From Candidatus Woesearchaeota archaeon (GTDB lineage: Archaea > Nanobdellota > Nanobdellia > Woesearchaeales > ARS49), in assembly GCA_038884575.1 (NCBI GenBank), contig JAWABQ010000002.1, forward strand, positions 16,893 to 80,892: a stretch of DNA of 64,000 nt. The letters run 5' to 3'. How positions within the stretch are numbered: the stretch's first letter is position 1; each line of letters starts with the position of its first letter. The notes under the pieces are model-generated. The model was not told where the DNA came from and did not search any database. It worked only from the letters and a program-made list of their open reading frames with translations. This document shows, in pieces, positions 57,444-64,000 of this stretch. The position numbers and the translations under genes are program-made.

Positions 57444-58343
57444 TTGGGAATCAAGCTATTTTTGCTGAACATTTATGACAAGCAGTACAAGAAGCTGCTC
57501 GTACTGAGCTTTCTGCTTCTTTTTGCATGCATAGGGGTGCTAATAGTGCACAAAGTGCAGACAGGGGAGTTTATTTCAAAAGGGGTTTCGCTCAAGGGTG
57601 GACTGACACTCACAATCCCTGTTTCAGAGGCAGACATCCATTCGCTGCAGTCAGCCCTGTCATCGAAGTTCCCAAAAGCAGACATCAATGTCAGGAGCAT
57701 TGCAGAAGCAGGCACAATCAAGGCGCTTATCATAGAAGCAGCAGACATTAACGAGGATGAACTGGTTGCAGCGCTCAGGGAGCAGGGGCTTCCAATGGTT
57801 CAGGGAAAGTTCTCGGTGGAAACAATGGGCTCATCACTTGGCCAGAGTTTCTACAGGCAGACCGTACTTGCCGTAATTGTTGCATTCATTTTCATGAGTT
57901 TGGTTGTATTTGTAACTTTCAGGAATATTTTGCCAAGCCTTTTTGTCATCCTCTGCGCTGTTTCTGACATTGTAAGCACGATAGCGGCAATAGATTTTTT
58001 GGGGGTGAAGCTCTCAACAGCAGGGGTTGCCGCGCTTTTGATGCTCATAGGGTATTCAGTGGATACCGACATCCTGCTAACGACAAAAGTTCTTAAGCGC
58101 AAGGAAGGGACAATATTCAATCGTACCGTCGGCACAATGCGCACGGGAATGCTGATGTCATTTACTGCTTTGGGAGCCTCACTTGCAGGATTCTTTTACA
58201 CGCAGTCAGATGTTGTAAAGCAGATAATGCTCATAATATCAATAGGGATGATTTTTGACATGGTATATACCTGGGTGCAGAATGCAGGCATACTCAGGTG
58301 GTATCTTGAAAAGAAGGAGGGCGGCCAAAATGGGCAAGCTTAA
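57444..58343 (+). CDS. secF: protein translocase subunit SecF
   Basis: GVSLKGG, G.SLG..F and LMLIGYSVDTDILLTT; TTG start. Confidence 0.94.
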   Translation: MGIKLFLLNIYDKQYKKLLVLSFLLLFACIGVLIVHKVQTGEFISKGVSLKGGLTLTIPVSEADIHSLQSALSSKFPKADINVRSIAEAGTIKALIIEAADINEDELVAALREQGLPMVQGKFSVETMGSSLGQSFYRQTVLAVIVAFIFMSLVVFVTFRNILPSLFVILCAVSDIVSTIAAIDFLGVKLSTAGVAALLMLIGYSVDTDILLTTKVLKRKEGTIFNRTVGTMRTGMLMSFTALGASLAGFFYTQSDVVKQIMLIISIGMIFDMVYTWVQNAGILRWYLEKKEGGQNGQA

Positions 58344-60069
58344 GCGCGCCCTCACAAACATCCGAGTAATAATCCTGATAGCATTCATACTTTTCATGCT
58401 GTTCGCGCTTAGGCCAGAGCCATGGAACAAGGGGGTAATGATAAAGAGCGTTGTTAAGGACAGCTCTGCAGCACTTGCCGGCATTGCAAGCCCCAAGCCG
58501 ACAGCATCGCCCTTGTCAAAAGAAGTCATCCTGTCGATGAACAACAGGCCAATAACAAATGTTGATGATTATTATGCATTTACAAAAACCCTGAGAATCA
58601 ACCAGACTATACAGGTAAAGACAAGCAAGAACAGCTACAAGCTTATTACAAAGGAGGCATTCAGGACAATAACACTGAATGAGACAGAAAAAAAGAATAT
58701 CACAGAGACTATAGAGGTTAATGAGACAATAAACGGCACAATAACCCCTGTCAACAAGACGATAACAAAAGAAATAATTGCAAACAAGACAATGCAGGAA
58801 TCGCTTGGAGTTGAAGACATCGGGTTAAGGGTTGACAATGCCCCAAAAACAAACCTCAGGAAGGGGCTTGACCTGCAGGGCGGAACAAGGGTTTTACTGA
58901 GGCCTGCAGAGGCTGTAACCACAGACGTACTTGACATAATTGTTGACAACCTCAAGGAAAGGCTGAATGTTTACGGCCTGAGCGACATTGTAGTCACAAC
59001 AGTGCAGGACAAGCCAGGATTCCTTGGCGAGCCCAACAGGTTCATACTTGTCGAAATAGCAGGGGCGACAGAAGAGGAAGTCAAGGATTTGCTTGCAAGG
59101 CAGGGCAAATTTGAGGCAACAGTAGGGAACAAGACAGTATTCCGCGGAGGACAGGACATCACATACGTGTGCCGCACTGCAGAATGCAGCGGTCTTGACC
59201 CAAGAAGGGGCTGCGGCAGGTCTGACAGCGGATGGGCATGCAGCTTCATGTTCAGCATTGCACTGAGCCCTGAAGCAGCACAGCGCCAGGCTGAAGCCAC
59301 AAAGGACCTGAAGATAATCACTGAGCGCGGCGGAAACTACCTGAGCGAAAAGCTTATGCTTTACCTGGATGACCAGCTTGTTGACGAGCTTAGCATTGCT
59401 GACGACCTAAGGGGAAGGGCAGTCACAGACATTGCAATCACAGGCGGAGGGTCTGGCGCCACCCATGAGGAGGCTGCAAGGGCAACGCTTCAGAGCATGA
59501 AGCGCCTGCAGACAATCCTAATCACAGGAAGCCTGCCTGTCAAGCTTGAGATTGTGCGCATAGACACCATATCGCCAACGCTTGGCTCGCAGTTTATCAA
59601 GAATGCATGGATGGCAGGGTTGATTGCAGTGGCAGTGGTCACTGCAATCCTTGTGTTTGCCTACAGGAAGATAAAAATTGCCCTGCCAATAATCGGTTGC
59701 TCGCTTGCCGAAGTCACATTGACGATGGGGATGTATGCCCTGTTTGGCTGGAATCTTGACCTTGCAGCAATTGCAGGGCTGATTGTTGCGGTTGGAATAG
59801 GCGTTAATGACCAGATCGTCATAATGGATGAGGCGCTCAGAAAAGAGATGGAAAAGGCAGCATACAACTGGAAGGAGCGGCTCAAGCGCGCATTCTTCAT
59901 AATATTCAGCGCGTACTTCACAGTCGTGGTTGCAATGCTGCCCCTGCTCTTTGCCGGCGCAGGGCTGCTGAAGGGATTTGCGCTCACAACAATAATAGGC
60001 GCAACAATCGGCGTATTAATCACAAGGCCTGCTTATGCATTTGTGATACAGCTCCTTTACGAGGAATAA
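58330..60069 (+). CDS. secD: protein translocase subunit SecD
   Basis: GLDLQGGTRV, ERLN..GL.D, GSLPVKL, SPTLG, GIGVNDQ and GFALTTI motifs. Confidence 0.95.
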   Translation: MGKLKRALTNIRVIILIAFILFMLFALRPEPWNKGVMIKSVVKDSSAALAGIASPKPTASPLSKEVILSMNNRPITNVDDYYAFTKTLRINQTIQVKTSKNSYKLITKEAFRTITLNETEKKNITETIEVNETINGTITPVNKTITKEIIANKTMQESLGVEDIGLRVDNAPKTNLRKGLDLQGGTRVLLRPAEAVTTDVLDIIVDNLKERLNVYGLSDIVVTTVQDKPGFLGEPNRFILVEIAGATEEEVKDLLARQGKFEATVGNKTVFRGGQDITYVCRTAECSGLDPRRGCGRSDSGWACSFMFSIALSPEAAQRQAEATKDLKIITERGGNYLSEKLMLYLDDQLVDELSIADDLRGRAVTDIAITGGGSGATHEEAARATLQSMKRLQTILITGSLPVKLEIVRIDTISPTLGSQFIKNAWMAGLIAVAVVTAILVFAYRKIKIALPIIGCSLAEVTLTMGMYALFGWNLDLAAIAGLIVAVGIGVNDQIVIMDEALRKEMEKAAYNWKERLKRAFFIIFSAYFTVVVAMLPLLFAGAGLLKGFALTTIIGATIGVLITRPAYAFVIQLLYEE

Positions 60070-60071
60070 TA

Positions 60072-60431
60072 ATGGCAACAAAGGCAAGCTCAATAATCCT
60101 TGTGGCACTTTGCACCATACTGACATCAATTGCCCAAGTGCTTTGGAAATTTGCAGCAGACTCAGGCGGAATACCGGCAATGCTCCAGAGCTGGCAGCTA
60201 TGGGCAGGGTTCGGGCTTTATGGCATCGGGGCTGCAGTCCTGATAAGGTCATTCAAGGAAGGCGAAGTCTCAGTGGTCTATCCTGTAATTGCCTCAAGCT
60301 ACATATGGGTCGCACTGCTTTCCAACCATTACTTTTCAGAGCCGATAAACACTTTCAAATGGCTTGGCATTGCCACAATAGTGCTGGGCATCACTGTGCT
60401 TGGCACCGGAAATGTGAGGGTGAAGCGATGA
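60072..60431 (+). CDS. EamA/SMR-type 4-TM transporter (ArnE/F-like)
   Basis: AQVLWK, GEVSVVYPVIASSYIW and F.E.I...W.G motifs. Confidence 0.85.
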   Translation: MATKASSIILVALCTILTSIAQVLWKFAADSGGIPAMLQSWQLWAGFGLYGIGAAVLIRSFKEGEVSVVYPVIASSYIWVALLSNHYFSEPINTFKWLGIATIVLGITVLGTGNVRVKR

Positions 60432-60802
60432 CAACAGCGCTGTGGGCTGCAGGGCTTGTAATTCTTGGCACTTTTATTGGCGCAGGAGGGCCTATTTTGT
60501 TCAAGAAAGGCAGCGCCACGTTCAGCCTTGACCCGCGCAAAATCCTCAAAAACCCGCTGATACTGTTCAGGAACTATTATGTCCTTCTCGGCTGCCTGCT
60601 TTACAGCATATCGTCATTCATTTTTATCCCTGCGCTGCGCGGCGGCGAGCTCTCTGTGCTTTACCCGCTTGTCTCGCTCAGCTACATCTGGGTTTCCCTG
60701 CTCAGCGTGAAATTCCTTGGCGAGCGGATGAACCTCACAAAAATCACAGGAATCGCGCTCATAATCATCGGCGTGTCGCTCATTGGCATCGGAAGCACAT
60801 GA
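60428..60802 (+). CDS. EamA/SMR-type 4-TM transporter (ArnE/F-like), paralog
   Basis: GELSVLYPLVSLSYIW and LGERM...G motifs. Confidence 0.85.
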   Translation: MTTALWAAGLVILGTFIGAGGPILFKKGSATFSLDPRKILKNPLILFRNYYVLLGCLLYSISSFIFIPALRGGELSVLYPLVSLSYIWVSLLSVKFLGERMNLTKITGIALIIIGVSLIGIGST

Positions 60803-61875
60803 CAAAAACCGAAATTACATCCTTTGACCTGCATTTCCTTCTCACAGAGCTTCAGCCGCTGGTCGGGACAAGGCTTGACAAGATTTACGTGCTTGGGGAC
60901 CGCGGCGTTTTAATCACGTTTGGCAACAAAAAAATGCTCCAGGCAGGGCCAGGAAAGCTCTGGCTGCCTGCTGAAAAGCCGCAAACGCCAGAACAGATAC
61001 ATCCTTTTGCAGCCCAGATGAGGAAACTGATAGGAAACAGCAAAGTTGAAAGGATAGAACAGGTTTGCTCGGAAAGAATACTCGCAATCCACATTATGAG
61101 GTCGGGAAAGAGTTTTGTCCTGTTCATTGAAATCTTTGGGAGGGGAAACATAATCCTTTGCGACAGCACAGGAATTGTAATGGCCGCCCTTGCCCTTAAT
61201 GACAGGGTGCAGCGCGGAAAGCCGTACCAATTGCCAAAGAGCATTGACACTTTCCACCTTGACGGAAAGCAGTTTTGTGAAAAATTCCTGGAAAGCAGGG
61301 ACAATGTCTCAAAAACACTTGCTGCAGGACTTGGGCTTGGAAAAATCCTTGCAGAGGAGCTTTGCGTAAGGTGCGGAATATCAACAGCAGAAAAGCCGAC
61401 AGCAGGACATGCTGATGAGATTTATCATGAACTGCAGAAAATGCTTTCACAGACGCCATCTCCGCAGATTATTTACGAGGGAAGCATTCTTGCTGATGCA
61501 ACCCCTGTGCCTTTCCAGTGCTATGCAACAAAAAAGCGCGAAAACATTGAAAGCTTTGGAGCAGCGCTTGCAAGGATATTTGCCCTGCCGGCAGAGGCAG
61601 TGAAGGAGCAAAAGACAGCGCCAGTGCAGGAAAAGCTCAAAAAAATAGAGACAATGATACAAATGCAGGAGCAGAGCCTTGCCAGGCTGCAGGAAAAGGC
61701 AGAGGAAGAGCGCAAAAAAGGCGAATACATTTACGAGCACTATCAGGAAATCAAAAAACTTCTTGACGAGATAATTGAGGCAAAGAAAAAACTGAGCTGG
61801 AAGGAAGTAAAGGCAAAATTCCCGCAAATACAAGAAATAAACGAAGCTACAGGCGATATTGTTGTAGAAATTTAA
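60799..61875 (+). CDS. rqcH: NFACT/Rqc2 family protein (N-terminal half only)
   Basis: SFDL...ELQ.LVG.RLDKIY, F...RK, EQ...ERI, IEIFGRGNIIL, GLG...AEE.C.R and coiled coil with G..IY.HY. Confidence 0.88.
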   Translation: MTKTEITSFDLHFLLTELQPLVGTRLDKIYVLGDRGVLITFGNKKMLQAGPGKLWLPAEKPQTPEQIHPFAAQMRKLIGNSKVERIEQVCSERILAIHIMRSGKSFVLFIEIFGRGNIILCDSTGIVMAALALNDRVQRGKPYQLPKSIDTFHLDGKQFCEKFLESRDNVSKTLAAGLGLGKILAEELCVRCGISTAEKPTAGHADEIYHELQKMLSQTPSPQIIYEGSILADATPVPFQCYATKKRENIESFGAALARIFALPAEAVKEQKTAPVQEKLKKIETMIQMQEQSLARLQEKAEEERKKGEYIYEHYQEIKKLLDEIIEAKKKLSWKEVKAKFPQIQEINEATGDIVVEI

Positions 61876-61947
61876 TTTCCATTATCGCTGGCACCGCGAC
61901 TGTAAGGAGCCGTATCTTGTATCTGTTTGTTATTAATGAAAGAGTTA

Positions 61948-62060
61948 GGTGGACAGCTTACCCGATTTCCCGCGCAATGCAGTACAGTCGGGTACGGAGG
62001 CTGGTTTAACTGCCGAGTTCGAATGGGATCGGGTGGGACCCAGCCCCTATGACCGTCCGA
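61948..62060 (-). rRNA. rrf: 5S rRNA (unlinked)
   Basis: Reverse complement GGACGGTCATAG...CACCCGATCCCATTCGAACTCGGCAGTTAA...GTACTG...GGGAAA...GCTGTCC. Confidence 0.95.
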
Positions 62061-62102
62061 AATGAAAACACTATGGGCGGTTTATAAAGCTTACGCCTTT
62101 TT

Positions 62103-62966
62103 TTATCTTGGGTAAATGTACAGCGCAATAAATGTCACGATTGCCCAGAGGAGCATTCCAATCATCATTTTTGCATCCTTAAACACAAGCTCAGGATGCC
62201 TTGCAATCGGAGAACCCGAATAAATCAATGAGAAATACCTGAAAATAACAAACAAAGCAAAAGGAAGAGAGAACGCGAGCTGAGGATGGGTGCCGAGCAA
62301 AGCAAATGCTCCGTATGCAAGTATTAGCAGTGCTGTTGCAACAATCATCAATGCATTTGCTATCTCTTTTGTGTAAACCTTGAGTGTTTCCTTGTGCATT
62401 CCTGCCTTTGAGCCAAGGAATGCAAGGTCAGCATAACGCTTTCCTGCCAGCAAAAACAGTGCGAAAAAGAAAGTGCACAAGACAAGCCATGGCGAGATTG
62501 TTACCCCAATAATGAATGTTCCTGAGACTGCGCGCACAACAAAATTAATTGCTACAGCAAGAATGTCTGCAAAAGCCACATTCTTCAACAGGAACGAATA
62601 TAGCTGGGTGAGGACCACGATGAATCCTGCTGCATAAAAGAAATCCCTGTTGAGCCGCAAAGCAAGCCAAAGGCCTGCAATAAGGAGAATAATTCCCCAA
62701 ATGAACGCTGCAAAGACAGGAATTTTTCCTGCAGCAATTGGCCTTTTTCGCTTTTCAGGATGAGCCCTATCCTTTTTCCTGTCAACAATGTCATTGATTA
62801 TGTAATTGAAAGACGAGCAAAGGCACAAGCTCACAAAACCAAGGAAAGTCACCCAGAGAAGTCCGGGCTCCATTACTTTGCCAACAAAAATTATTGGCAG
62901 GAAGACAAGCAAATTCTTGTACCACTGCAAAGGCCTGAGCACTTTGATATAATCAATAATTCCCAT
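62103..62966 (-). CDS. UbiA-family prenyltransferase, decaprenyl-phosphate phosphoribosyltransferase type
   Basis: LRP.QW.KN, YIINDIVD...DR.HP.KR.RPIAAG, YS..LK and GKRY motifs. Confidence 0.92.
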   Translation of the reverse strand: MGIIDYIKVLRPLQWYKNLLVFLPIIFVGKVMEPGLLWVTFLGFVSLCLCSSFNYIINDIVDRKKDRAHPEKRKRPIAAGKIPVFAAFIWGIILLIAGLWLALRLNRDFFYAAGFIVVLTQLYSFLLKNVAFADILAVAINFVVRAVSGTFIIGVTISPWLVLCTFFFALFLLAGKRYADLAFLGSKAGMHKETLKVYTKEIANALMIVATALLILAYGAFALLGTHPQLAFSLPFALFVIFRYFSLIYSGSPIARHPELVFKDAKMMIGMLLWAIVTFIALYIYPR

Positions 62967-63044
62967 ATACTTTGCAACTTTTATGGGGTTTATTAAGGTT
63001 GTGCTGACGATAACTTTATAAATCGTTCAAAGGTCGTCAAAACA

Positions 63045-64000
63045 ATGCGGGTGTTCATACTTGGGGGCGGACTCTCAGGACTGGCTGCTGCTGACAAGCT
63101 CCTTGATTCAGGAAAGGCAGAAGTCACAATCCTTGAGAAGATGCAATTCCTTGGGGGGCTTGCCAGAAGCGTTGAGGTTGATGGAGAGCTTATCCCGATA
63201 TTCAACCACCACATTGTGCGCACAAACAAGAAGACGCTTGAATACCTGAGAAGGTATGATTTGCTTGGCAATAACACATGGAAGCGCATAAACCTTGCAG
63301 TTGCGTGGAAAAACAGGGTTTACAACATCAATAAGCCCTGGAAATATCTGCGGTTCAGCTACCTTAACCTTATTGAGAAGATAAGGTTTGGCATTTTCGG
63401 GCTTTATGTCTCATATTTATTCAATCCAGACAGGCTTCCTGACAGCCTTGATGCAGAAACCTGGCTGAACAAGGCATGCGGAAGGGCTGTAACGCAGAAA
63501 ATGCATTACCAGCTCTATGCAAGGAACAAGTTCAACATCCCGCTGAGCCAGATTTCGGCAAAGCAGTTTGCGCACAGGATGAAAGAAAGGGAATTCAATG
63601 ACAAGTTCACTTATCCGATGCGCGGAATACAGGGGCTGATTGACGGCTTAGAGCAGGACGTGCTGAGGAAAGGGGGAAAAATAATCAGGAAGGCAGATAC
63701 GACCCACATCGACGTCCAGAAGCGCGTAATCACATACAAGGTAGGCGGCAAAGAGCACTCAGAAGTCTATGACGCACTCATTAACACGATTCCGGTTGAG
63801 GAATTCCTTAAGTTCACAAAAGGGATTCCAAAAGAATATTCTGACAACCTCAAAAAGCTAAAGTACACGCCTGTTGTCGGCATTTTGTTCGGGACAAAAG
63901 ACTATCTTGACCCTGAAAATTACTGGATAAACTTCTTTGGGGAGCGCGTGCATGTAATGTACCAGCACTCACTCCTTGTTGACAAGTACAGGACAAAAAT
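63045..64000 (+). CDS. FAD-dependent oxidoreductase (protoporphyrinogen oxidase / UDP-galactopyranose mutase-like fold), runs off window end
   Basis: Not in the ORF track. MRVFILGGGLSGLAAA...ILEK...LGGLARS...FNHH, later YP..GIQGLIDGL. Confidence 0.88.
   Translation, partial: MRVFILGGGLSGLAAADKLLDSGKAEVTILEKMQFLGGLARSVEVDGELIPIFNHHIVRTNKKTLEYLRRYDLLGNNTWKRINLAVAWKNRVYNINKPWKYLRFSYLNLIEKIRFGIFGLYVSYLFNPDRLPDSLDAETWLNKACGRAVTQKMHYQLYARNKFNIPLSQISAKQFAHRMKEREFNDKFTYPMRGIQGLIDGLEQDVLRKGGKIIRKADTTHIDVQKRVITYKVGGKEHSEVYDALINTIPVEEFLKFTKGIPKEYSDNLKKLKYTPVVGILFGTKDYLDPENYWINFFGERVHVMYQHSLLVDKYRTK

Noticed and set aside
1..64000. CRISPR array, prophage, integrase, transposase or genetic-code reassignment
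   Set aside because: None seen; long conserved genes end at standard TAA/TGA/TAG stops with no in-frame stops.

Overview
Gene-dense core-chromosome segment of an archaeon, most likely Woesearchaeota (DPANN/Nanobdellota). The taxonomy is inferred from gene content: archaeal PCNA, RNase J, Hef, DnaG, Topo VI, RIO1, Dim2, ABCE1, SecD/F, Sec61beta, NAC and the uS13-uS4-uS11-rpoD-tRNA(Leu)-eL18-uL13-uS9-rpoN operon, alongside bacterial-type GyrA and LeuRS and many short orphan genes. RNA genes read from the sequence are seven tRNAs (Gly-CCC, Leu-CAA, His-GUG with one intron, Leu-GAG, Arg-UCU with two introns, Cys-GCA, Thr-CGU), RNase P RNA, SRP RNA and an unlinked 5S rRNA. I saw no CRISPR array, integrase or transposase; one free-standing LAGLIDADG endonuclease sits between two tRNAs. 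The strongest unexplained signals are: (1) a ~300-nt two-domain structured RNA that starts at a predicted TSS and precedes dnaG; (2) an 18-aa Arg/Lys micropeptide with its own promoter, SD and terminator; (3) a three-way-junction leader on the uS13 operon; (4) a trio of paralogous coiled-coil genes divergent from scpB; (5) mutually exclusive BHB motifs in the two-intron tRNA-Arg; (6) short duplications of tRNA 3' ends; (7) several enzymes with broken catalytic motifs. All folds and family calls were made by eye, with no database searches.
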